The notes below the pieces were generated by a model. It saw only the letters and a list, made by a program, of their open reading frames with translations, had not been told where the DNA came from and did no database searches. Below, one piece after another: positions 12,676-25,165 of a stretch of 64,000 nt of DNA; within the stretch, counting starts at the first letter, position 1; each line of letters begins with the position of its first letter. Where the stretch lies: the NCBI RefSeq assembly GCF_002105155.1, contig NW_019028990.1, positions 124,001-188,000 of the forward strand, read 5' to 3'. This DNA comes from Lobosporangium transversale. Lineage: Eukaryota. The position numbers were made by a program, and so were the translations under genes.

Positions 12676-13249
12676 TGATTTTGATATATTCTGGGTACAT
12701 GAGCGTCGTAACCTGATACTAGCTCCTATTGGAGTTATGCATCGTGTAAATAGTAACAATCAAAGGTGATCTTAGGTGGAATCGAAGGTCAAAGGATACT
12801 TTATTTAGCTATAACGTAGTGGACTATTTATACTGATTGTTTTTTTTTTTACTGGCGGCAAGAATGACGTGGGATTGGGTGTTCAACAACACGCAATGGG
12901 ATAGTTAGCGGTAGAAGTAGGCTTCTTCATCCAAAGCTGAGCAAACCATTGAAGGCAGAAGTGAAAAGAAGCCTTAATCGAGGAAAAAGAGGGCTTTGCA
13001 GTCATATTGATCTTAGACCCGCATATTCGACTTCATTTAGTTTTGTTTGTGTGGCCAGTGCATGTTTGTTTGCTCCACTGAAATCACTTTAGACTATCAC
13101 CCTATCTCAATTTTTTGATTTTATGAGAAAGGAGTGTGTAGCGAGCCTTAACTGATGACACTGATACAAATATATTTTTTTGAATACAGTCCTGTACATT
13201 TATAAGGACTCTTCCTTATATCAAGGTGTTATCTTGAGCACAATCAATT

Positions 13250-13769
13250 CCATCGATATACAGATATCCAAGTTTCCCGTAATCCGTTCTAAAGCTTCCA
13301 CCCCATGTCCCAATGCAGTGTGCTTCATCCACAACTACTGCAAGCAGTCGGTTCGTCCAACGCCGATCGCTCCAAAGTGTACTGAGCGCATTGCTCGTAA
13401 AGAGGATCTCTAGTGAAACGAATATGGCTCGATAGTATCCACGTAGCAATCTTTAGATAGGAATGAACAGCTCGCTCTTGAGATGAATGCTACTGACGCC
13501 TAGCAATGCCAGCTTTTCGGCTTGCTCGTCACCCAACACCTTCAGTGGTGTAACGATGAGTATAGTGATTTTTGGCCAAAGTATTAAAGGAAGGAAGTAG
13601 ATCAACGTCTTCCCCCTGCAGTGCCAGCAGATAGGTTGCAGTCTTGACGTTGTCCTATCTTGATCACAATCTCAAGCTGTTCATCTTTTAGGTCAAACCC
13701 GAAAGCCCTCTTCGCCTCTTGGCGAATATCCTCGCGGATCATGGGAGAAGTCAAGTGTTGTCCGTACAT
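13250..13769 (-). pseudogene. RecQ-family DEAH helicase fragment (pseudogene)
   Basis: From ATG 13769: AFGFDLKDEQL (Q-motif-like), Walker A AGT../GKTLIY broken by a frameshift, ILIVTPLKVL..EQ, an in-frame stop, then LAVVVDEAHCIGTWGGSFRTDYGKLG (motif II plus RecQ aromatic loop). Truncated thereafter. Confidence 0.85.
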
Positions 13770-14467
13770 TTTTTTTTGTATTCTTGTAATTTATTTAATT
13801 TGTAATTTTTAATTTTTATTTTATATATTTTTTTTAATTTGAGAAATAAAATTTATTTAATGTGCAGTGTGCAAAAGTGAAGAGAAGAAAGAGGGAGAAA
13901 GATGAAGAGAAAAGAGGAGAGAGGAAGAAAAAGAGAAAAAGAGAGGAAGAAAAGAAGAAAAGAGAGAAGAGAGAACTTTGGAGTGAGTGCAGACGGGAGT
14001 AATCGGGGGAATGAAGAGTCTTTCCCTGCTCATAAACGACAATGACAAAAAAAATGAGAGTTGTTCCCTACGACTTGAACGACATTTGTACCAAAAAAAA
14101 AAAAAAAAAATTTCTCTGCGGTTTGTGGACTTAGAAAAAATTCAAAAAAGTTGACATAAGCCACACAGGCTGGTGACGAGCCTACCATCATTGTTTTTTA
14201 CAATCACACCCTTCATTCATTACCATCTCTCTTTTACTTAATTACTCTACTTCTAAAATTTACTTCTCATCCTCTCGCAATTACCACTTTCTTCTTTTCT
14301 TGATAGCCTTCATATATAATCGCTTCTTGTATTTCATTTTCAGAATTTTATTTCATTGCGCCACCATTTTTATTTGCGATTATCAGAGTTATCAGAGGTA
14401 AAATATTACACTTGAATTATATGACAACGCACCATTTAAGCGCTCTTTACTGTTAATTACGTAAATT

Positions 14468-14506
<39 letters not shown>

Positions 14507-14638
14507 TAAACCTAAGCTACTGCATATTCATTCTATCTTCCCTCACTTAGCACTCCTGTCATTATTTCTCTCTTTCTCGAAAATCACGTATTTCCACTTC
14601 TCGTAAGTCTTAGATACCCTCAATTCACCACTCCTATA

Positions 14639-15065
14639 TTTCCAACATATGGCCTGTATATGCCCCCTGCATGTCCCCCAATGAGCTTACCCTCATTGCC
14701 CGACAGCAGCCCGCATGTATTCCCCATTTCCTTCTGTCATTGCCCGACATACTGCTCGCATATGCCTCCTATATGTTAACATTCGAATACTGTCAATGTA
14801 CAGCATACAGCCCGCATATTGCCCCCTATATGTCCTCCAATGTCTTTATTAGTGTTTCCAACATATGGCCTGTATATGCCCTCTGCATGTCCCCCAATGA
14901 GCTTACCCTCATTGCCCGACAGCAGCCCGCATGTATTCCCCATTTCCTTCTGTCATTGCCCGACATACTGCTCGCATATGCCTCCTATATGTTAACATTC
15001 GAATACTGTCAATGTACAGCATACAGCCCGCATACTGCCCCCTATATGTCCTCCAATGTCTTTAT
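14639..15065. repeat. Tandem duplication, 216-bp unit x2, near-identical
   Basis: tttccaacatatggcctgtatatgcc… starts at 14639 and 14855. The copies differ at only a few positions. Confidence 0.95.
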
Positions 15066-15193
15066 CAATGTCACCAAACTTTTGGGGAGTATTTCCAATT
15101 CAATCCCTATCTAAAGTCTATTATTCCTATCAACATCTCTTTTTGAGTTCACTGCTTTCCTTAGTAAAACAAGTACACTATCTCAATAGATAA

Positions 15194-17987
15194 ATGGAGC
15201 AGATGCCAAAAAGCCTGTCAAAGGATGTCAAGCCTAAGCACTGGAAAGATGAAATTGATTCCAGTCGAGTAGGCGCTGAATATTTCTTATCACAACCTGC
15301 ACGACCTGTCTTTATTCCAGCAAATTATATCCTTTCGTGCTTTGGGGCAGGAGGACTCAGATCAGCTATTGTCAGAATGGTCGCAGTGGATGGATGATCT
15401 TGGACGAAGCAATTATGAACATATTCGTCGAAGGGCAAAGTCAGCTGGGATCATGACAAAATATGACATCGACAAATATTATAAAACAATAGAAGCTAAA
15501 ACCTGGAGAGATGAGATTGATGCAAATCGTGAAGGAGCTGGCTATTTCCTACTACAGCGTGGACGCCTTAACTTTAATCCGACAGACTATATAGCCTTTC
15601 GAAGATTGGAAAGGTCAGAGTCATATAAACTACCAATAGAATGGTCACAGTGGATTCTGGATCTCAAGGAAAGCAGTGACGAGCATGTCCGTCGGAAGGC
15701 TGATGCGGCTCCTATAATGGGAAGAGATGACATACACGGATACTACAAGAATATTATTGTTGATGAACATGAGCTGGAGATTCTTGGATTATCATCAAAG
15801 CAAACAATTGGAGGGAGCCATCATCTTGCATCCCTTCTGGAAGATCGACAAGGTACAATACATTCAAGTCTTTCTGATAATACTACTAGCGATTTAATCT
15901 TTAGTTAACTTTTTTTTTTCATTGTATTCTATCTTGATAGCAGGGAAACCCAATACTACACAGTCGCCCACAAGATTGCCTTCAGTGCCTATGAGTCCTT
16001 CGGGTAAAGTTGATTTTCAAGAACTATATTATCATTATTATTACTATTGTTGTTGTTGTAATTACTATTTCATCATCATCTAAACAACGTGGTTTGCTAC
16101 CATTTTCTACTCTGTTACTCTGCTTTAATTAGAATCTACACAAGATCAGAACTTGCGAAATGATGACCAGCATCTTGACATGCCACGACAAAAGAAAGCC
16201 CGCATTTGTTTGTCGCCATTTCCACTTCATGGAGCGTCCTCAGTATCTTCCCGCCACACACCTCCTTATGCTGGGGGGTCAGCAGACTCCTCCCCTGAGT
16301 TGTCAACGATCTCACCTCCCTCATCTCCGGATTTTACTCTTGATGGCGTTAATGTGGAGCAGGAGGCGAACTCTTTTTTTTCCAATGTTGGTACTCTACA
16401 AGATATTCTCTTCAACAGTCTTCAGGAGGGTAAAAACATACCTTCATGGGCCAAAAACCGACCGCTAAACACCTTCATATTGCGGCTCAAGGAAGACTGG
16501 GGCGTTAGAGTTACAAGTTTGTATTACAAACCAGAGGCTCATACCGATGTCTTACCGCTGCCATTTTTGGTTAGTCCGCTATCAATTACAAAAGGTTTAT
16601 TAAGTGGTAGGCTTATAATTGACTAATACCGATATCGGTATGAGTCTGTAGTTTTTGCAGCTTCATACAAAGTTTGTATGAAGCTGCAAAAACAAAACCT
16701 ATCCTTGACCATACCTATGTGGATGAAATAGCGTATGTATTTGCTCTTGATCTCGATTATTTTGTTAACACTTCTATGGTTGTGCTTAATGCTTAATATT
16801 TACTCACTACATTATTTGATTTTGTACCAGCTTGCTCTCAGGAATTGTGCATCTTAACAAGAATCATATCGGGTTCTCGCAGTCAGAAATATACAAGATA
16901 CATATCTGGGGAGGTGTTCAACATGTTTTACAGTAAAGAAATGGAGGACGCCGATATGAAAAGAGCCGAGGATGCCACAATCCTATGGGCAAACTGGGCT
17001 CAGGTAACGTTTAAATTGAATACATCATTCTTGTGGCTAAAGCTTAACGATCAGTTAAAGGAATGAATCTTAACACCAACATTATCTGTGGATACTTAGA
17101 AACTGAGATTGGACCAGTTGAAAGAGAGATTGGCGGCACAAAGGGATGGTCGGAAGCCTGTAGACATCAGTGTTGAACCATTGATCGAAACGATATTGTC
17201 CTCATATGCTGACTGTAAAGCCAAAAAAATCACATCAGTATTTTTTATTGCACTTCATGTATTCCGGCAATTTAATAGTTGGTCGGGGTTATGCTCAGAA
17301 TCAGATTGCATGACAGCAGTAGTGTCACCAATATTGAGAGAAATCATGGCAATTCAACACAAAATCAAGTTCACATGGTAACATTTTTGATTTCTAAATT
17401 TCACCATTCATTCTTGTGACTATAAAATTACTTATGATTATAAAACTAACATGATTTTTATATAGCGCCAATGCCTGTACAACTACTGGAAAAACGAGAA
17501 AGGTAAATCTCCAACAGAGTGGTCAGTCCCGCCAACCTATTGGACAGACAAAGGACAGGAACGAGGTTTTTTTTGGCGAGATGAAAGGAAAGCACCCAGG
17601 TTCAGAGGCTATCAACACAGATATTCTCCGCCTTGCAATATTCACCAAGGATTCATTAGATTTGCTTCATAACGCTTTGGAGAGAGGACCACCACTTATG
17701 ACTTTCCAGACTGTGGGGTCTGACGTTGTCTTTTTCCTTGGCGCCAGAGTCAATAATACCATCGTCCATATACGGCTGTCAACTGTGGGGCTACCCTCAA
17801 GCTTGACGGAAGTAGAGCTTGATTACGACTTTTTTTCCACCTCTTTCAAGTCCAAACTCTCATTAGCATTACCAAAGATTGCCTTGAGGAGAAACGCACG
17901 ACACCGTTGCAAGAAGACTCTTTCCCAACTCTAGGAACTCCAGAACGTAATGAAGCATTGAACAGCACAAAAAACCAAGGAAAGTAA
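15194..17987 (+). pseudogene. Multi-exon gene with duplicated N-terminal ~75-aa module and C-terminal PD-(D/E)xK-like domain; frameshifted
   Basis: Two repeats (W.DEID..R.GA.YFL…EWSQW..DL..S..EH.RR.A…IM…DI..YYK). C-terminus RQP-IGQTKDRNEVFFGEMKG…DILRLAIFTKDSLD. GT-AG introns are recognisable, but frameshifts occur near 15330, ~16890 and ~17835, plus a 155-bp insertion at 16525-16679. Confidence 0.65.
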
Positions 17988-18217
17988 AGAAAAATTTGCA
18001 ATGAGCATTTCGAGTCCCTTTAGATTTTAGAGGAAAGGAAATAAATATTCAGTCCTGAACTTAAAATTTCTTATTTCCGATATGCATCACATGACAATAA
18101 AATATTTTTGAGCGTGTATACTTCATTTTATTCAATTCAAAAAATGTGAAACATTTTTTTTGTTATAATTGTATGAAATACGACTTTGGATATGACTCCA
18201 GATCACGTTCGGGACAT

Positions 18218-18372
18218 TGTTTTGCGCTCCTTTGCGACCTCACGCAACATATTTTTTTTTTTTGCGTTCCTTTGCGGCGTATTTTTTTGAGTTCCCTTTG
18301 TGGTGGTGCAATGCAACATTTTTTGCGTTTCTTTGCAACAATTTTGCGTCCCTTTGCGGTCTTACGCAACCA
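18218..18372. repeat. Array of five degenerate ~17-bp motifs TTTTGCGYYYCTTTGCG
   Basis: Copies at ~18220, 18260, 18286, 18322 and 18343, several followed by (c/t)gcaaca. Confidence 0.7.
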
Positions 18373-19074
18373 GCTGCAAGCTTGTCGCTGAGGAGTATGG
18401 GTGATCAATATGAATCATAGGAAAGTGAATGAGAAACGTTCATCTTTTTATTGATCACCTCCTCTTACTGATTTAAATAAGAGTGAAGGACCTCTAATTT
18501 ATAACTACTATATAATTGATAAGTGAAATTACTTGTGTACAGTACCAGGACAAAATGTATTGGAGTATCCTGAAGTATTCTATTTCAATTCAATTGAACT
18601 AGAAAAAGTTTAGTAGAACTTTATTTACTACCTGCTCCACAGTCGATGAAAAAAAAGATATACAATACTTTATTGAATTGGAAATCGACCTAATTCATTT
18701 ACTATTCTATTTTTTACTCCAATACATTTTGTCCTGGTACTGTCTGTACAAACATTTTTTCCGTGGGTATTGTATTCAATTTAAAAATGAGAGAAATATG
18801 TTGGTCGACGACTTTAAACAAATATATTTGAATTGGATAGAATGCTTCCTTTTCTATGCGCTTTTTTTTTTTTTTTTTTTTTTTTTTTGGCCATAGCGTT
18901 TCTTGTTGTCAACAACTCGTCTCAGACTCCTATCCTCTGCATCAAACTCATGAGGTTCGTGCGTGGGTTTCTGTTTTCCGACTCTTATGACTTTTGGCGA
19001 AGATTTAAAATATTTTAAATGGCGTTGAAAATAGTCAAAAAAAATAAAAATCCCACATTCATTTTTCCATTACA

Positions 19075-19400
19075 ATGCCAAAATTACCCAAGTCTTGCAC
19101 CTTATACCACTGCGTGTTAAGCTCTGATTCAGAGAGCTTGACTTCCCCCAAAGACAAAGCCAGACATGCCAGAGAATATCATGTTAAGAAAGCAGTCTAT
19201 GAAGACCATGGCACTGGTGCCATCTTTGAGTGCACTCGCGACGAATCAAAAGAATCAAAATTTCACTGCATTTGCAAAATTCATATAAAGTCCACTCATC
19301 CTTCATACGACATCTTCAGAATAAGGAGCGTGAGCACCTAAATGGTTTGGTTCAAAAGAAAGAGGCATTCAAGGACGATTACTTTGTACTGAGATACTGT
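19075..19400 (+). pseudogene. Small Cys/His-rich (zinc-finger-like) ORF, frameshifted, upstream of the recombinase
   Basis: MPKLPKSCTLYHC…ARHAREYH…FHCICK, continuing after a frameshift as SYKVHSSFIRHLQNKEREH. Confidence 0.4.
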
Positions 19401-20029
19401 ATAAACCAGATAGAGGGTCAGCCTCCAGCGGTGATGCTCCAAATAAATCTAATGCGTACTTTTAAATATATAAAGCTAGAAGCGAAATCATCAGAGCTGA
19501 ATACGAAGGTTTGTAGTCGCTAGAAAATCATAAATACTCTCCACCTATATAAAAACTGTCAAGAACAAGAGACAACATTGTCAACGATTGTTTAATAACG
19601 TTCTGTGCCTTTATTTTATAATATGTATATAGAGCTCGCAAAAACAGTCGGCTATCTTGGAAGCAGTTGTTCATGCAATGTTTTAACCTAATTGATATAA
19701 CTTACTATGTACTGTAATATGGAACTAAAGTTCAATAGGACAAAGGGTTCTTTATTTCTGGACAGACGATATCTTATGTACTAAAAAATAAATCATAAAT
19801 AAGGTTGAAGTGAGTGAGTCATCAATTTTAAAATAACAAAAATATAGCGAAAATGATATGGAATGATGCATAGGACCTTGTGAAATACTTTGATTCACCC
19901 CTGATCCTCAATTAAACCATTAGCCCTCTCCTCATTCCCCTCATTCTCCTCATTCCTGGCGCTCAACACAGGTTCTAGGACTAGTGTACTAGTTATACTC
20001 TAGTATAGATACACCATATCGCTATATTT

Positions 20030-23000
20030 ATGCCACCAAGAAAGCCAAGGACAATACACCCACTGTTTGCTAATGTCGCTAGAGCAAAGGTCATGGATAA
20101 ATCTGGATATTATGAATACCATAACTCACCATCTCCAAGCGCCACTGCCACTACTGTCATGGTTGATGATGATAATCCCCAAGGTAGTGCCATAGACAGT
20201 GCTGAATCTTCAAGCATGATTGGCGGGACCAAGAGAATCAATTATTTTGGACTAGACGAAGAAAGTTCCGACGAGGAAGTGGACGAGGAACGGCGACAAA
20301 GCATCATCAATGGAAAGCGAAAAGCAGATGAACAACTAGAGCCTCTGCCGAACCCAAACCAGCGGGCTTTTATTCAGCTCCCACAACCAACTCTACTTGA
20401 AAGGCAGGATAGGAATCTCGATATCTCAGTCAAGATCGGTTTAAGAGAGCAAGGAGCAGTTACAAGAGCTTCGGCCATTGATCCGGAATTCGAGTCGCCT
20501 CAAAACAACAAAAGTCTAGAATCTAAAACGAAGGTGGAGTTCCGTGAAGCGCAGGCTATGGTACGTGCCCAAGGAGTGCGGGTAGATACTCTTCGAGACA
20601 GTAGTAAGAAGAGTTATGAACGATATATTCGACATTGGAAGGTACGTTAAAGTAATCAAATTTTGCTATAAATTATCAGGAATAAATCAAGCATTCAAGC
20701 CGTGAATTAACTCTCTTCTGTTAGTCTTGGTGTTTCCGTAAAGGATATGGAGATGACTACAGGGTTCGATATGCAAAATTCCACGTATATATGGAGGAAA
20801 ACTTGGCAGATGAGCCTTCCTTTGCGGAAAATCCTGAGGATTGTATTTTACCTATCCGTTGCAAATCAGTGAAGAAAAAGCCATCACCGCCATGCTATGA
20901 AACTGGAGATCGAGCACAGGATGTCAACGAATATCGCTCCAATTTGAATGGAAAGGCAGCTTCATTTGAACTGATTGATATGCATATAAAAGCCTGCGTG
21001 GATTTGTGGGAGCAGCAGATGGTCGATCCTGCCCTAGATATGAGTAATGAACGTCACCCACGATCAAAAGCGATTTGGACTAGGATGGATATTTATAGAA
21101 GGAAGATGAATATAGAGAAGGTTCCGCACAAAAGGCGAGTAGTGCTGGATCGGGGCGATGAACTGGAGGAAATTAAAGAAGTAATGAAAGCAGCGTGGAT
21201 GAAATCAAAAGGCCAAATCCGAATTGGGCTTCGTGATAGGCTGGATGCGGCTTGGTCTCACTTTCTAATGGCCCGAGGCGAGAGCCTAAGATACGCCACT
21301 CTTGGCAACATTGAGGCCCATACATTTCGCCAAAAGGATCCGGCTGGACAATATTGCCTAGGTGTCATCCTCACAATGTTGCAAGGCAAGACAAACGACG
21401 GCAGCCATGAGATGTACGGGGTCGCTGTCAGAAATATAGATGTTGAGCTCTGTCCTGTTGGTGCCCTAGGGTTTTATTTTCTTGACCAATTTGAGGTAAA
21501 TGCAGCTATTCGCTTATTTACAAAACTCTTTATATATACATACTATTTTCAAAGGCCATCGTGCTAATAGTTTCTGTAGTTCCAGGGCGGACCACCGGAC
21601 TTCAACACTCTTGGTGAGGATTGGACGAAGCTTCATTTAATTCATGGTGGCGATAGCACTAAAAAATTTAGTCAATCTGGACATCATCAACCATCCTTCA
21701 AAGCGCAATCAGGAGCTGGAGTGGCTATACCAAACAAAGTAACTCATAGGTATCGTGGCTCTGGAGCTCGTCATGCTCAAGAGGCTGGTGCAGATGTCAG
21801 GTCGATTTCACAGCATGGTGGATGGTCAACTGAGCGTGTTATTACACATTACTTGAGCAGGATTTCTCCAAATGTTGCTTTGCGTATGGCTGGCTTTACA
21901 AACCACGATGAGCCATTTTGGCTACCTAGGAATACTTTCCTCCCGCCAGCTGAGCTTCAGCGTGAGATCTTTCCATTCATCGAAAGTAGTTTTGGTGGAC
22001 ATCCTGACTGGAAAGCCATCGTTGAAAACGTTATGATGGACCGTAATCGTGGGTATGGTAGGCGTCCTGAGTCGAGGTTTAACCCTAGCAAATCAGAGCT
22101 AATATTATCACGCTTTCTTTTGCTGTTAGCTCACTTGCGAAAGGTGATTCTACAGGACGCTGTCGCTCTTTCTCAGACTCAGAATGATCCTGCGAGTAAC
22201 TACATGATGCATCGTATATTTGGCCTTCCATTATTTAGGAGTTCATTGTACTCGGATTTTAAATCGAGACTTATGGAGCGGATGATTACAGAGTCATCGC
22301 CTACCTCAGACAGCCTTCGCACTAATGCGCCAGCTATTCATTCAGAGTTCCGAGCGATGAAAAATAAGCTTAATGACATTGATCGGAAGCTTGGGACGGG
22401 ACTAGTCGGAGACTTCGAAGGAATGATGGAACGTCAACAGACTCTGTGGACACATGCGATTGGCAAGGCTTTTTTAGAAAGCACCAATATGACGGTTCGA
22501 GAACTTGAGCGGGTTGGTTCGTCCATTAAGATGAGCATAACCCAAAGTCGCCAATTATTTTTTGAAACACTGAGCAGAGTAGCTCAAGAAGCAGGAAGAA
22601 AGGAGTACATAAAAGTACAACAGGAAAAGAGGCAACTAAAAGCTAAAATACAACAACCTGCATTGCAAGGGATTCTGGGCAGGCTGTCGAGAGAAGTTCC
22701 ATCATCTAGTAGCTCTGGCATTGATAACTTATCACCACCTAGAGATCCAGAGGATTACCAGCAAGGGAGTGAGAGCGAGAGTGGCGAAAGTGATAGTGGC
22801 CAGGAGAGCGAGCCGGTTGAGCCGGTTGAGCCGGTTGTTATTAACGAAACCGTTATTGCTGTTGATGATCATTCTCATGATGATCAAGATCTATGTGATC
22901 AATTTAACGAGGCACTTGGCACTGACGCACTGGATCAAAATTGGGAGGACCAAGAAGGCCAAGAGGACCAGGAGGCTGGTCAAAATGCAGAAGGACAAAG

Positions 23001-23490
23001 GCGATGGGATAACGAGAAAGAGCTAGAGAAAGAGCTTGGAATGCGCTTGTGCCCATATGTACCTGAATTTCACTACATGGAAATGGAACCAAGGGATAGG
23101 CCGATTCGTGATCTTTGGAAGGAGTGGTTTTATGGAAACGAAGAAAAACCTTCAATATGTCGTATGGAAATTGAACATGGCAGTAGATGGCGTCCTGGCA
23201 ATGCCAAGGCTGCAGTATATTTATTCAAGAAGCGTCTAATCAACTCCGTTCTTAGAGAAATGACCAATGCGGAGCCCAATCTCACGGTGGAACAACGTAT
23301 TTTTTATGCATTGGACAGCGTTCATTTAAAGATATCTCAAGCAGGATCAATTAATAAGTATGAGAAATCTCTTCCAAAAGGCGCTCCAAAACGCCGCCGA
23401 GCTCCTGTACAAGAACCGGACCAGCAAGGTCAGTTAGACCAGCAAGATCAGTTAGAGCAGCAAGATCAGTTAGGCCAACAAGATGCATAG
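20030..23490 (+). CDS. Crypton-type tyrosine recombinase (NDC10-II-like YR domain + C-terminal GCR1_C-like domain); exons 20030-20641, 20725-21495, 21580-23490; 1097 aa
   Basis: Both GT-AG introns keep the frame open. YR catalytic set present: R (MARGESLR), K (QGKTN), HxxR (VTHRYRGSGA), W (HGGWS), Y (ITHYL). Also RNIDVELCPVGALGFY, MAGF, ILQDAV. GCR1_C-like IRDLWKEWFYG…PSI..ME..HGSRWR. Confidence 0.88.
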
Positions 23491-24190
23491 ATAGACACTT
23501 ATAGTCACTTATTTAATGTTAATAAAAGAAGAATTTTGAATGAAGTTTGACTATTGTCTGTGGACAGCTGATATGGAAGATATATTGCTGTTGCCTATTG
23601 TTTTCAATTCAATCAGAATGGTGAGTACGCTCGGTATTCCACATTTGTGCCGCGAAAAAGATGGACAAACGCCAAGTTATGCTCCAAAATAAGGCACATG
23701 CTGCACGTGAAATATGTTTATGATTCAGAAATTTTATGACCCCAAATAAAAACATACTGTAAGTGCAAGATATCATCTGCCCCACGTGAGTGGTAATTTA
23801 AATCATCGTATACGCTATATGGGTTTAAATGGTGCAGTTGGTGTAGTATTTTTGTATATCACAAATGAGCTGTTTGGCAGCTCCCACAGCGCTGCAACTT
23901 CCAACAGTAATAATTTCAGACTCCTCCCTACTCTAGACTCACCTCCACTTATTTATATAAAGCCAGAATCATGTACAATTATCGAGATTCCGTAGGATAC
24001 ACGTTGCTGCTTGTAGATGAAATAGAGACCCCGTGCAAATAAAAAAAGACCCTCGTGCAAATAACTTTTTTTTATTTGTATGGGGGGAGCAGTGTAAATA
24101 GAGTGTGTACGGGGCAGTGCAAATAGATTTTTTTATAAGTAAAAATTTATGGATTAATCTATTTGGCAGCCCAGTTGCTAAATATTATTT

Positions 24191-25165
24191 TTTTTTTTTT
24201 GATAACAAGGACCCTCAGGATCATGGGATTTATTTTCTACACTCTATGAACAAAATGCTCCAGAAACTATAGCCAATAAACAGCTATTACTGCACAAACG
24301 ACAAGAGCCGCTGTATCCATGATTTCATAAACCCTGACCGCCGTGGTTGGTACTCAAAGTCCACCTTTCCGACGTGGCCTGTTGCGCAACGCGACAAATT
24401 ATCCGCTATCCATAGTCATCAAAAACTTCATTCCACCTAGCCGCTCCATCACGTCCAGTTTGGTTTTCCCAAGGTAACTGTCCCGGACTCGGTCATCCGC
24501 GATCTTGTAGATCTCTTTTACATTCAGCTTCTGTGAAGGGACAAGGAAATCATTGCTACTACGTCTGTGCTCCCCAACACAGTTGCGTCCTCTAGCGCGT
24601 TTGCTCATAGCAGTGATTCCACGAGCCTTTTCCCATTCAACGGTGACTTTACACCGTTTGTTCCAGATTTCTGTACGACCGAATTCCTCTATGGCCTTGA
24701 CGAAGCGCCCTGCCATATATGTAGCTATCCTTGTTGTTGTCTTGAAGCCAACTTTCCAACTCTGAGCAATGGACTTGGGCGTAAGTCCATGGTAAATGTC
24801 CTGCACAGACCAATCTGGTGTGTGCTCTCTCTCTTCCTCATCATCGCCGTTCCTATCACCATGGCGTCGTACTTCTCGCACACCATCGATATGCATCTCC
24901 AGAGTTTTCCAAATGTAGTCCTCCTCTGCCGCAGTAAAAGTTGGCTCTTTTGTCCTTGGTGGGTCTACACCTCTCTCTCTGGCCCTTTGTGCTTGCTCCT
25001 GCACTGCTTTCAACTCTTTCCTCCATGTCCTCTCCCCTATCACATTCACATTTTGGATTATCTCCTTCCACTTCTCGGCCTGAGTCTCCATCGTCCTTGG
25101 ACATCTCCAGATGTGCGATGTGTCTTCATCCTCTGTCCCACACACTCTGCAGTTGCCGTCTTCAT
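24191..25165 (-). mobile_element. 5'-truncated non-LTR retrotransposon (ORF2 C-terminus with CCHC zinc knuckle, 3' UTR, poly(A))
   Basis: CRVCGTEDEDTSHIWRC and EIWNKRCK motifs, stop at 24399, poly(T) at ~24188-24200 on +, 21-bp TSD cccagttgctaaatattattt at 24170-24190 and 25166-25186. Confidence 0.9.

Noticed and set aside
14671..15114. 147-aa ORF with internal repeat
   Set aside because: By-product of the 216-bp tandem duplication, with no protein-family signal.
9721..18386. 12-bp direct repeat tgcaagcttgtc at 9721 and ~18375 as an element boundary
   Set aside because: A 12-mer match is expected by chance in a region this size, and there is no further support.
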